64,000 bases of DNA from IMG/VR virus record IMGVR_UViG_3300036828_000755, positions 1-64,000 of that record. The stretch is one strand, 5' to 3'. The stretch is from a virus. Below the pieces are notes generated by a model. That model was not told the origin of the DNA and did no database searches. It saw nothing but the letters and a program-made list of their open reading frames with translations. The translations under genes and the position numbers were made by a program. Shown one piece after another: positions 53,982 to 62,822 of this stretch (the first letter of the stretch is position 1; the number at the start of each line of letters is the position of its first letter).

Positions 53982-54362
53982 TCACTCTGTCGGAACCTGG
54001 GACTTGGGACCCCGGCCCTTCTGTGCCGGCATCACGGTGGCATTGAGCGCCTGATTCGATTCTGCCCCACCGGTCACGATGACGTACTGCTGCTTCTTCT
54101 GCTGCTCTGCTCGGATGTGGGTCTTGAGCTGCTCTTCCTGCCACGAGTAGAATCGCTCGATCTCTTCCTCGCTCGATTCCCTGTGGGTCCCGTCCGTGAT
54201 CACTCGGGCAGCATTGCGGCAAGTCGCGCTCGCGATCGCGCCGGGGGTGGAGTTCCTTTCCCGATAAAAGAGGGAAGTAACGTGCACGACCCCGTCAGAA
54301 TGCTTTGCCTGGAGCTCCGCCTCTTTTGCTCGAAGGTCGGAGAAGTACTGCTTCAAATCCAT
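53982..54362 (-). CDS. Hypothetical protein immediately after the major capsid gene
   Basis: 126 aa with an RBS; MDLKQYF...VVHVTSL pattern. Confidence 0.65.
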   Translation of the reverse strand: MDLKQYFSDLRAKEAELQAKHSDGVVHVTSLFYRERNSTPGAIASATCRNAARVITDGTHRESSEEEIERFYSWQEEQLKTHIRAEQQKKQQYVIVTGGAESNQALNATVMPAQKGRGPKSQVPTE

Positions 54363-54387
54363 GTTTATGGTCCCCTAAACAGGTCAA

Positions 54388-54409
54388 GGCCGCGCTTGCA
54401 GACGCGGCC
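54388..54409 (-). terminator. Hairpin after the major capsid gene
   Basis: GGCCGCG/CGCGGCC 7-bp stem with an 8-nt loop; weak U-tract. Confidence 0.4.
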
Positions 54410-54435
54410 AACGACCAGTGGAAATGCGGCGAGGT

Positions 54436-55335
54436 TTAGCTGAGCACCTGCAGCCCGAACACGTTGCGAAGGACGGCGACGCCATAGAGCACGTCGACGG
54501 TAAACTGCTGCGCAAGGGTATTGGGGGCATAGCTCAACACTACGCGCATACCGAAGTTCCCGAGGGTGGCATACTCCGCCACGGCACCGGTATTCGGGAG
54601 AGGCTTGGGAAGCATGCGCATCACGAGGGCAAAGGCGTCCCGAGCAAAGGCAAGGTTGTACGTGGTGTTGCCAACCTTGGAAACGTACTGGCTGCGCATG
54701 ACAAAGAAATTCTTGAGTCTGCCGACCTGGCCAGACGGGATGACGTTCGAATACTCGGGCGAAACCTTGTCTTCCGAGAACCGCTGGATCTGGCGCATGT
54801 CAGAATAGGTCGAGCCGCTAACGAGCAAGAACTTCGGCAAGGAGTCGGAGACCTTCGCGTTGAACAGCGCAGTTTCAGCGCTATCGACCACGGATTCCGT
54901 GATCGTCGTGTTCCCGGTACCGACCAACGTGTTCGCAGTCAAGTTGAGGTAAAGCTGGGTAAGGTCGGTCTCGATTCGTTCCGCCAGCGAGATGATCGCT
55001 GGCATCATGTACATCTGGAGCAAGTCCGGGTGTGCCAGCACCCTCGTAACGTCCGGGATCTGGAAAGACGATTCCGCGTGCGTGTTGATGACCACCTGCG
55101 CATTACCAAGGCTGGGGTTCTGCGTCGCAACAGACCCGCCTTCTGCAATGTTGTTGGCGGCCATGACTGGCGGAATCGGTATATTGACGGTGTCCCCCTG
55201 GTTGGCGAGGTCTGCCTCATACGACCTGTTGACCAGGTTCCCCATGACGAGGTTACCGACCAACGCCGGCAAGGCGTCCGCCGCAACAAGTTTTACGATC
55301 GCATCAGCAACATTTGCTGAGGTAATGGCTGGCAT
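54436..55335 (-). CDS. Major capsid protein (P22 coat-like, HK97 fold)
   Basis: LVNRSYE...GDTVNIPIP and DVLYGVAVLR patterns; follows the scaffold gene. Confidence 0.88.
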   Translation of the reverse strand: MPAITSANVADAIVKLVAADALPALVGNLVMGNLVNRSYEADLANQGDTVNIPIPPVMAANNIAEGGSVATQNPSLGNAQVVINTHAESSFQIPDVTRVLAHPDLLQMYMMPAIISLAERIETDLTQLYLNLTANTLVGTGNTTITESVVDSAETALFNAKVSDSLPKFLLVSGSTYSDMRQIQRFSEDKVSPEYSNVIPSGQVGRLKNFFVMRSQYVSKVGNTTYNLAFARDAFALVMRMLPKPLPNTGAVAEYATLGNFGMRVVLSYAPNTLAQQFTVDVLYGVAVLRNVFGLQVLS

Positions 55336-55359
55336 CTAGTTGGCTCCCTTTCTTTTTTA

Positions 55360-56145
55360 TTACGCGTTCTGTAGCGCAGCGCCAATGGACGCCACTATGC
55401 TATCTCGAACATCGGACTTCATGCCGACCTTGATATCGTTCAAGTCGGCCTTAACTCCCATTCGAACTCCAGGACTCGCTGGTGCTCCTGAACCCGAGGC
55501 GCCAGAGGCACGCAACAGGTAGGAATGTTCCTTGGTAAGGAAATCCTTGACAAAGGCATCGATCGGGAAATCACTACCGTTAATCGTGCCAACGAAGGAA
55601 CCGTCGTCAAGTTTCCGTACAGCTGGCTCAACCAGCGTGAAGGCCGTGTTCGAGGCCGCGTCGCTGATGAAGTGCATGTTCCCGAGCGCCTGCCTCACCG
55701 TCCCGTGCCGACTGGAAGTTTCCGCACGCTTCTCGGCCTCTTCCTTCTCCTTGCGAAGCGTCTCAATCTGCTGTCCCTGCGCCTTAGTCGTGTCCTGCAA
55801 CTGCTTAAGCAGGACATTGGTCTGGGGATCCGGGTTACCACCACCCTGTGGAGTGGGGTTCGGGTTCGGGCTCGGGTTCGGGCTCAACTTCCCTATAGCG
55901 TCGTTGATAGAAGTGAGGGAAGCATTGATCGGCGTAAGCTGCTCCTGGATAGCGGGAGCAAGCCCCTCCTTCTTAAACTTGTCGAGGGCCCCGGCCATCT
56001 TCGCCTCAACTACCTTGTTGACCTCGGTAATGACAGCTTCCATCGTCAACACAGCATTTGGGTCCGCGCCTCCCGCACCTCCCGCACCCCCAGCAACTCC
56101 TGCCGGCGCCATGAGTGGGCCCGCGTGAAACCTGTTAGTCAACAT
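55360..56145 (-). CDS. Capsid scaffolding protein
   Basis: Low-complexity Gly/Ala N-terminus, PN repeat, coiled coil; directly upstream of the capsid gene. Confidence 0.72.
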   Translation of the reverse strand: MLTNRFHAGPLMAPAGVAGGAGGAGGADPNAVLTMEAVITEVNKVVEAKMAGALDKFKKEGLAPAIQEQLTPINASLTSINDAIGKLSPNPSPNPNPTPQGGGNPDPQTNVLLKQLQDTTKAQGQQIETLRKEKEEAEKRAETSSRHGTVRQALGNMHFISDAASNTAFTLVEPAVRKLDDGSFVGTINGSDFPIDAFVKDFLTKEHSYLLRASGASGSGAPASPGVRMGVKADLNDIKVGMKSDVRDSIVASIGAALQNA

Positions 56146-56173
56146 TTATCTAAGACTCCTCGATTCAGTTTTC

Positions 56174-56182
56174 ATTTTAGCA
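56174..56182 (-). promoter_or_regulatory. Candidate extended -10 promoter (TG-C-TAAAAT)
   Basis: In an AT-rich gap about 30 nt upstream of the scaffold start. Confidence 0.4.
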
Positions 56183-56271
56183 CGCCGAAACAAAACAGGT
56201 AATAACTATTTTGCCTACGTCTTAAAAGTTGTTGCCGCAGAACGTCCAGGAATTTTTGTTTCTCCTCTCAT

Positions 56272-57414
56272 TTATGGAACGTACTTCACACGGTTGCCGT
56301 CAGCCGGGTCATACCAAAGCTGTTTCGATCCGGCCGCCGGAGCCACTGATGGCAGTGCTGAAACTGCCAGCGTCGGCGTGGTCAGTGCTGGGCCGGTGTC
56401 ATCCGGCGTACCGATGGTGCAATGGCCGCTATAGTCGATGATCAGCCGATTGGTTTCGTTTCCGCTGGTTCTGAACCAAATCCCGCTGCCCCCGCGTCCA
56501 GTGATTATGAGGTCGCTGCAATAGAGGCGAAACGATGACAGTCCACCGTTGATCGTGGCGCAGTGGACCACGTTGTTCGTCATGACCAGGTCATCCACCA
56601 AAGTCAGCGATGCTCCCGCGTCATCGGTGGCCCCGATGGTGCAGTGCCCTGCGGAATCGATTGACAATCGCTGTGTTGGCGTGCTTCCAGTCAACAAAGA
56701 CAGACTGCCGGATGTAGTAAAGAGGTTGTGACCCGCCGCATCAATGTCGAAAGACCACGGCGTTTGCGTGGCTGGGTTTCCCTGCAATCCTTGTGGTCCG
56801 GTTAAACCCTGGGCACCGGTTGGACCTGTTGCTCCGGGTGCGCCATCGGCGCCGGGAACGCCCTGCGGTCCGCTGCTGCCAGCAGGACCAGCAACACCCT
56901 GCGGTCCCTGCGATCCGGTTGCTCCGGTTAAGCCCTGCGGCCCAGCCAGGCCCTGCGGCCCGGGTGGTCCCTGGATGTTGCCCGCATCCGTCCACGTCGT
57001 GTTCCAGACCCAAATGTGGTCCGTGTCCTGCGTGATGTAAGCGTCGCCGGCATTGGCTGATGCGGGCAGATCCGCATGCGTCGGCACGCTGCCAAGCAGC
57101 TTGATGCCGGTGCCGGGAGTGCCTTGCGGACCGGGAGTGCCTTGCGGACCGACGGCTCCGGTTGAACCGGGAGGGCCTTGCGGTCCCTGTGTTCCGGGCG
57201 ATCCCTGCAAACCCTGCGGCCCCTGCATTCCGGGAGGCCCCGAGGAACCGGTGGGACCAGCTGGGCCTGGTGCTCCCTGCGGACCGGGCGGTCCCGGTGG
57301 TCCGGCTAAGCTGGCTTGGCTGATTCCCACGGAAAACTGCACCTTGGGTACAATAGTAGCAGAAAATGTCTGGCCAAGAACTACGGGAGCAGGAGATTTT
57401 TCGGTAGGAGTCAA
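56272..57414 (-). CDS. Collagen-like (Gly-X-Y) fibre protein
   Basis: Two GPP/GPQ triplet tracts split by a GDAY...WVW...W domain; the C-terminus has the QTPW and PDD modules of the tail fibres. TTG start after GAGGT (the track start is 57429). Confidence 0.82.
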   Translation of the reverse strand: MTPTEKSPAPVVLGQTFSATIVPKVQFSVGISQASLAGPPGPPGPQGAPGPAGPTGSSGPPGMQGPQGLQGSPGTQGPQGPPGSTGAVGPQGTPGPQGTPGTGIKLLGSVPTHADLPASANAGDAYITQDTDHIWVWNTTWTDAGNIQGPPGPQGLAGPQGLTGATGSQGPQGVAGPAGSSGPQGVPGADGAPGATGPTGAQGLTGPQGLQGNPATQTPWSFDIDAAGHNLFTTSGSLSLLTGSTPTQRLSIDSAGHCTIGATDDAGASLTLVDDLVMTNNVVHCATINGGLSSFRLYCSDLIITGRGGSGIWFRTSGNETNRLIIDYSGHCTIGTPDDTGPALTTPTLAVSALPSVAPAAGSKQLWYDPADGNRVKYVP

Positions 57415-57418
57415 GGGT

Positions 57419-57829
57419 TTACCTCGCAATCAATGCCGCTGTTTTTGGGGAATTAAGCGGCACGCGGACAGAACCTGGGGCCAACCTTGCGGCAGCCGAC
57501 CTAGTTATGTCCTTGGTCACCTGCACAGTACCAGCCAGCAAGGTCGTGACCCACGAGTTGGCGTCCATAATCTGAAGATCCCAAACATATGTTGCCTGGT
57601 TCAAGTTAAGCGTCACGTTGTGCGTCAGGACCATCGTGATGGTATTCCCAACAATGCTGCACTGGAATTGCGCAGCCACGATGGAGTTGGAATCAGCAGG
57701 GCCTAGGCGAACCTGTGACTGGGCGACGTACCCAGTCAAGTCAGCGACTGTGCCGTCCGTATTCAGGACGGTGACCGTTGCTATGAAGTCATCGCCCTGG
57801 TAAATTTCAAGGTTCGCTAAGCCAGGCAT
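57419..57829 (-). CDS. BppU-N-like / fibre anchor Ig-like protein
   Basis: LEIYQGDDF...DLTGY...QVR...YVWDLQI...LLAGTV pattern. Confidence 0.7.
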   Translation of the reverse strand: MPGLANLEIYQGDDFIATVTVLNTDGTVADLTGYVAQSQVRLGPADSNSIVAAQFQCSIVGNTITMVLTHNVTLNLNQATYVWDLQIMDANSWVTTLLAGTVQVTKDITRSAAARLAPGSVRVPLNSPKTAALIAR

Positions 57830-57839
57830 GGTCTTGTTG

Positions 57840-58115
57840 TTACTTCTTTACAGCATGAGCCTCGTGGCTAGTTTCTGCCGTCGTTGCGAGCGCTGGGTTA
57901 CTGCCGACCAACGTCAAGATCTGGGCAATCGTCGGCTGTGCACCAACGTCAGAATCAGAACCTCGTCCAGCAGAGTTATTCGCCTTTCCCCAGTTAACCC
58001 GGTCCAGGTATTCGTCGACTTGCCGAAGCTGGTACGGCTTAAGCGAGCCAAGGGTAGAAGACGCCAGGGCATTGAACTGCGCGGTCGTCAAGCGAGTGTA
58101 CGGAACTTTAGGCAC
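57840..58115 (-). CDS. Hypothetical protein
   Basis: GTG after an AAGGAG RBS; fills the gap after the portal gene. Confidence 0.6.
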   Translation of the reverse strand: MPKVPYTRLTTAQFNALASSTLGSLKPYQLRQVDEYLDRVNWGKANNSAGRGSDSDVGAQPTIAQILTLVGSNPALATTAETSHEAHAVKK

Positions 58116-58127
58116 GTTGTTTCTCCT

Positions 58128-59840
58128 TTATTTTGGGGTGTTTGGTGACGGACCCGCGCCACCTCGTCCAGGGGGTTGTATGGGACCCTTGCTGCCGGGA
58201 GATGGTAAAGCTCCCTTGTTGCCTTGAGATCCCAGGGCTCCCTTGAGGCCCTGCTTCGCCATCTCGACGCGCTTCTTGAACTCGTCTTCCTCGCGTTCTT
58301 CGATGGTTGGTCCCGCGTCGATCTCCTTGTAAACCTTGTCAATCTCCTCGCGGTTCGCGTCCACCATCCAGGCCTTGGCAACCTTCTTGTAGAGGTACTT
58401 CTCGAACAGCTCGGAGGGAACCTTGATGCTGAGGACTGAACTGACGGCGAAGACTTCCTCCGTCGTCATGTCCTCCTGGAAAGTGAACCCACGAACATCG
58501 GGATGTATGCCCTCATCCTTGTGCGCGTCGCGAACATCTACCAGGACGTCTTGCATATGACGACGGAGGTCGTCCCCCATGCCAGCCAGGATCTGCTTGG
58601 CTGGGGACATCTCGAGCTGCTTACTCTTGCCGGATTGCATGGCAGGGGTTGCCCGCATGCTGCGGCCCTGCGCCTGCAAGTTCATGGACCTGAAGCACTC
58701 CTCCCTCAGCGACTCCACTCGCTTGGCAGAATGCACGAAACTCTTGCCTTCTGGCTCAGACCACATGTACTCCGTGCCTGCGGGAAACTGAAGGTAGCCG
58801 CTCTCCGTCTGCGTCATGTTCGTCGTGTCGACGTCGCCGATGATGATCGGGATCGCCAAGTTGGACATGAACAACGACCAGGCGAGCGTGTTGTCCTGGT
58901 TAAGGTGATCTACCAGAAGGAGGTAGGCTCGGTTGGCGAGCCACAGCCCCTCGCTGAGGAGGACCCTGCGAACAGGCAAACGATTCTTGTGAGAAAGCGC
59001 GTGCTGCCCGCGACGAATGAGCACAGCCATTCGGCCAGTATCATCGTAGCCGACCCTAACTTGCTCCTCGTTTTTTCTCCGATCCTCGTATACCCGGTAT
59101 TCAGCCCTGTCATAGTAGTACCACGTCGTGACTATCTCCCGCTCCCCAAGGAAGTCCTGGTCCTCAACCTCGGTCTTTATGACCGCCCACCGAAGTTCTC
59201 CCCTCTCGTCTGTTCGCCAATTGATGACGTTCAATGGCGTGTAGGCAGCGAGGTGTGGCTCGAGCAGCCCGCGACTCTTCTCCTCCTCGAGGGTTTTCGG
59301 CGGTTCTTCTCCCTCGCCTAGCGACGTCAAGTCCGTGAGTACCCAGGCAGAACCATATGTCAGCAAGAACTGGAACGTCTTCTTCCAGAAATCGATGTAC
59401 GAGAGCCCGAGCCCGTCGCAATTCTCGAGGAAGTCGCTGAAGAACCCCGTGTCCCGCTTCTTCCCTTGCTGATCGAAGAAGATCTCCGGCAATGTGTCAA
59501 ACATCGCGGCGCCATACCACCCGAGCCCGGTACCTAGTATATTCTGGTACGTGAAGCGGTCCATGCGAGCGGCGTAGACTTCCTCATCTTCCCTCGGCCT
59601 CTTCTTGAGGACGCGCTCGCACTTGGCTTTCAGGTAGGACCCGCCCTCATACATCAGGGACAAGTCAACCCAGGCCTCGAAACGGGAAGCAAACTCGGGG
59701 TGCTGCTGGTTAAGCTTGTTGACGGCGACGTACTTGTCGCTCGAGGTAGCCCCGACGGGGAATATGGCATTATTGCCCTGGCCATAAACTCCCGGCGCGC
59801 CCACGAACGTCATTGTAGGATTTATCGGTGTTGTGGCCAC
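58128..59840 (-). CDS. Portal protein
   Basis: 570 aa; RPREDEEVYAARMDRFTYQN, INWR, SGKSK patterns; head-module position. Confidence 0.85.
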   Translation of the reverse strand: MATTPINPTMTFVGAPGVYGQGNNAIFPVGATSSDKYVAVNKLNQQHPEFASRFEAWVDLSLMYEGGSYLKAKCERVLKKRPREDEEVYAARMDRFTYQNILGTGLGWYGAAMFDTLPEIFFDQQGKKRDTGFFSDFLENCDGLGLSYIDFWKKTFQFLLTYGSAWVLTDLTSLGEGEEPPKTLEEEKSRGLLEPHLAAYTPLNVINWRTDERGELRWAVIKTEVEDQDFLGEREIVTTWYYYDRAEYRVYEDRRKNEEQVRVGYDDTGRMAVLIRRGQHALSHKNRLPVRRVLLSEGLWLANRAYLLLVDHLNQDNTLAWSLFMSNLAIPIIIGDVDTTNMTQTESGYLQFPAGTEYMWSEPEGKSFVHSAKRVESLREECFRSMNLQAQGRSMRATPAMQSGKSKQLEMSPAKQILAGMGDDLRRHMQDVLVDVRDAHKDEGIHPDVRGFTFQEDMTTEEVFAVSSVLSIKVPSELFEKYLYKKVAKAWMVDANREEIDKVYKEIDAGPTIEEREEDEFKKRVEMAKQGLKGALGSQGNKGALPSPGSKGPIQPPGRGGAGPSPNTPK

Positions 59841-59850
59841 TTATTCAGAA

Positions 59851-60063
59851 TCACTCCAATTCATCGATAATCTGCACAATCTTTTCCCTACCAAGGAACA
59901 GCCACGCCTCGTCGTTGAACACGTGCAACGAGAAGAGCGCACGGGCAAGTTTGATGTCCTCGGCTACTCGCACGCAAGTAGGCCACAGGACACTCAAATC
60001 TGCCCTGCGCATCTCAGCATACCACAATTCCCTGATGATTTGTAGCAGGCCTTTGAATTCCAC
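59851..60063 (-). CDS. Small hypothetical protein
   Basis: 70-aa ORF closely packed between its neighbours. Confidence 0.45.
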   Translation of the reverse strand: MEFKGLLQIIRELWYAEMRRADLSVLWPTCVRVAEDIKLARALFSLHVFNDEAWLFLGREKIVQIIDELE

Positions 60064-60065
60064 GT

Positions 60066-60800
60066 TCAGTTGCTGCGCAAATAAAGTCCACGATTCCTTC
60101 TGACAAAGATCAACCCTAACCCAGCGATCGCCAAGAGGATCGATGCCGGTTCAACTGTTGCTGAAGTGGTGAGCGAGGTGCTCGCACTCCAGTTCAAGTC
60201 CTCGCCCGCTGCCAACGTAATTGTGAACGCTTCATCGATCGAGTAAGGGGCAGAAAGCGAAGGAATGACGGCAGACTTGTCGTTGGAGAACGACCCTGCT
60301 GAAACGACCGGTGGCGTAGACAGGCCGGACGCGAAGGCCCCCGCCACGCAAGTTGACCCGAGCGGGTTAACCGTGGCAAGCACATCGGCAGAATTGACGC
60401 AGCTCTGGTAGGACATGGTACTCCCAGATGTCCCAACAACTACCGTCCCACCGACGTGGCTGAGCAGCGCGATGTTCGGCCCCACGGGCATGGTGAACTG
60501 GTCCGCAGAAATCTGGATCTGTATCGTTTGAGAAGTAGACGACAAGTTGTCCAGGTCAACGTTGGCCGACAGCAAATCAGCAAGCGTCGAGGTTCCCGGG
60601 TTGTTCGAAGTTGCGCCCAGGAGCGTGATCTGGAGCGGCGGCCCAGCCACGTTGGCGCAGCTTACCGGGGCCGGTGACACACTGTCGCAGGTCACCAGCG
60701 GCCCCGCCCCAACCTGGTACTGGATCTGGATTGTCCCACAATCCGCAACTGCAGCAAAAGCTGCTAGGTATGCGGAAAGCATAAGTATTGTTTTCTTCAT
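60066..60800 (-). CDS. Secreted protein with a PEP-CTERM-like C-terminal anchor
   Basis: Signal peptide MKKTILMLSAYLAAFAAVA; C-terminal VEPAS + hydrophobic helix + RRNR; GGAGG RBS. Confidence 0.75.
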   Translation of the reverse strand: MKKTILMLSAYLAAFAAVADCGTIQIQYQVGAGPLVTCDSVSPAPVSCANVAGPPLQITLLGATSNNPGTSTLADLLSANVDLDNLSSTSQTIQIQISADQFTMPVGPNIALLSHVGGTVVVGTSGSTMSYQSCVNSADVLATVNPLGSTCVAGAFASGLSTPPVVSAGSFSNDKSAVIPSLSAPYSIDEAFTITLAAGEDLNWSASTSLTTSATVEPASILLAIAGLGLIFVRRNRGLYLRSN

Positions 60801-60802
60801 CT

Positions 60803-62140
60803 CTATCTTACCTCCATCAAAAGCTCAGGCGATCCTTCGCCGTTGCCTACCGAACATCCTTCTTGTTCCATGACCTCGGCGTGCATCTTGCTCAACTCCT
60901 CGTTCAAGTCCGTGCGGTACTGCTTATTCGGTATGATCAACTCGTCGAGCAACTCGTACGGCTCGTCGAATGCCTCGTAGCAATCGTCCGCCATCCCAAT
61001 CGCGTCCGCAACCACGCCCGACCCAACAGAATGGACCAGGCCATCACCGTCAGCCATGACCTCGAACAGGTAGAAGCAATCTTCCTTTCCTTCTGGTATC
61101 CCACGGATTGGCACACCAACGTTCGGGCAAACTTTCTCTATGTCCGACAATTTCTTAGCTTCAAGAGGGTATGGGGGGATGGTGACGCGAACAGCTGCAC
61201 CAAACTGGTCTGTCATGTTCACGGCCGAGGCCTGACCCTTGGCAACGTCGGACATGAACTTCCCAACCCCTCCACGGAGCATCTTTATCAAGGTCGGCAT
61301 AGCATCATAGCCGAACCTTGGGGTCCACTCAAGGCCCCACACCCCCTCCCCGTTGACCACGGTGTTCAGGTCCATCGGGCCAACGTACCCGGACTCGACG
61401 ATGAGCCTCTCGGCCCTCAATATCCCCTCACTGATTATCCTGCAAGTCTCGTCGTGCTCGGCCCACACGAGGTTTCCAGCACACCCGGTCGCTTGTCCCA
61501 GCTCCCCGTTCAAGGCTTTCTTGACCTCTACGGTATGGTTCAACGGACGCAAGAAGCGGTTGCCGTCGCACCATGCCTCCGTTGAAACACACACGCCCTC
61601 CTTGAACTCTTGCAAGATGAACGACTCAATTTCCTTCCCAAAATACTTGTCAACGTACTCCGCCCACCTGACCAAGTCGTCGCCATCGTGGGAGCAGTAC
61701 GTCAACGAGCAAGGGAGATCCTTGCCCGAGGGCTTGAAGACGAACCTCTTGCCATCGTCGTGTTCTTCCAGGAACGACCTGACCTCGTCCACGCTGAAGT
61801 CGTCGAACTTCGCCGTGTACGGTACCTTGATCCCGGCCTGCTCCATCAAGTTCAGCCCAAACATCCTGTCCTGCTCAAGCTCATCGGCAAACACCGAGCC
61901 CGCCACGGTCGCGAATCCTTCTTTACGGAGGTTGTCGGCAATGTCTCCCATGCCGGAAAAGTCGAATACCACGACCGTACCTTCTGCGGGCTCGATCTTC
62001 TCTGTCTTGGGTATCAGCCCGTCCCAGACAGAGCGATAGTCGGGCTGGTTGATGTACAGCTCAACCTGGTTTCCCTCCTGCTCAATCTGGTGAAGGAGGT
62101 GCGCGCCCTCCCCGACGTTCGACACCATCAAGAATCTCAT
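60803..62140 (-). CDS. PurD (GAR synthetase)-like ATP-grasp ligase, divergent
   Basis: ELEQDR..G..LM..AGI, FVFKPSG, ILQEF.EG..VS, GELGQATG, LEWTPRFG align with the PurD ATP-grasp motifs. The PurD GREH and GDPE motifs are not conserved. Confidence 0.82.
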   Translation of the reverse strand: MRFLMVSNVGEGAHLLHQIEQEGNQVELYINQPDYRSVWDGLIPKTEKIEPAEGTVVVFDFSGMGDIADNLRKEGFATVAGSVFADELEQDRMFGLNLMEQAGIKVPYTAKFDDFSVDEVRSFLEEHDDGKRFVFKPSGKDLPCSLTYCSHDGDDLVRWAEYVDKYFGKEIESFILQEFKEGVCVSTEAWCDGNRFLRPLNHTVEVKKALNGELGQATGCAGNLVWAEHDETCRIISEGILRAERLIVESGYVGPMDLNTVVNGEGVWGLEWTPRFGYDAMPTLIKMLRGGVGKFMSDVAKGQASAVNMTDQFGAAVRVTIPPYPLEAKKLSDIEKVCPNVGVPIRGIPEGKEDCFYLFEVMADGDGLVHSVGSGVVADAIGMADDCYEAFDEPYELLDELIIPNKQYRTDLNEELSKMHAEVMEQEGCSVGNGEGSPELLMEVR

Positions 62141-62539
62141 CTACAGTGCCTCTACCCTCGCGTCATGGATTTGCCAGTTCACGCCAGCTTGGGAAGCTAC
62201 CAACCTCTCCACTATGTCGGCAATCAGGTGTTGCCTGTGGTACGGTGCAAGCGGAGAATTACCGGGCTCAGGCAACGAGTCCTCGTTCCGGTTCTGCTCG
62301 TAGAACTTGTCGAAGTCATCGATCGCGTTCTCGGACACGAGGCATTCCCTGCAGAGCGTCGCCTCGATCAGCTCATGTATCGCCACCAGCATGTTGCTCG
62401 CGTGATCACCCGTGTCGGAGACCCGGATCCGGAGACCTTCAGACAAGAACTGCCAATCGCCGCAAGTCTCGTACCTCTGATCCTTGTGCGGGATAACTTC
62501 TGCCAAGAAGAGGAACTTGTTACCCGACGCTGTACCCAA
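62141..62539 (-). CDS. HExxE-motif putative metal-binding protein
   Basis: TTG after GGAGG; IPH..QRY.T.GDW, IHELIE, PYHRQH. Confidence 0.7.
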   Translation of the reverse strand: MGTASGNKFLFLAEVIPHKDQRYETCGDWQFLSEGLRIRVSDTGDHASNMLVAIHELIEATLCRECLVSENAIDDFDKFYEQNRNEDSLPEPGNSPLAPYHRQHLIADIVERLVASQAGVNWQIHDARVEAL

Positions 62540-62813
62540 CGTAGGGACCTCCCCCGCTAGCGGAACTGTCGATCTCGAACTGCGAAAGGTCGAGAGCGTT
62601 CTGCCCACTACCGCTCGCTAAGATGAAAGCACTCGAGACCGTCGGCCTCATGGTGGCAATCACAAAGCCCGAGGGATCCTTTATAAAGACGCTTCCCGCA
62701 TCAGCCGGGTCGTACGTGACGATGATAGAGTGGATCGCCTTCCTCACGAGCGACAACTTGACAGGAGTACCCGAAGATGGCACCGGAACTTTTCCCAACC
62801 CTATCCATTGCAT
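62520..62813 (-). CDS. 97-aa protein, paralog B
   Basis: 60 of 97 positions identical (ungapped, counted by hand) to 62823-63116. Confidence 0.8.
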   Translation of the reverse strand: MQWIGLGKVPVPSSGTPVKLSLVRKAIHSIIVTYDPADAGSVFIKDPSGFVIATMRPTVSSAFILASGSGQNALDLSQFEIDSSASGGGPYVGYSVG

Positions 62814-62822
62814 CTGATCTCC

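Noticed and set aside
60803-62140. Annotation as a true purD auxiliary metabolic gene
   Set aside because: The PurD-specific GREH and GDPE motifs are missing and no other purine genes are present, so only the ATP-grasp fold is supported.
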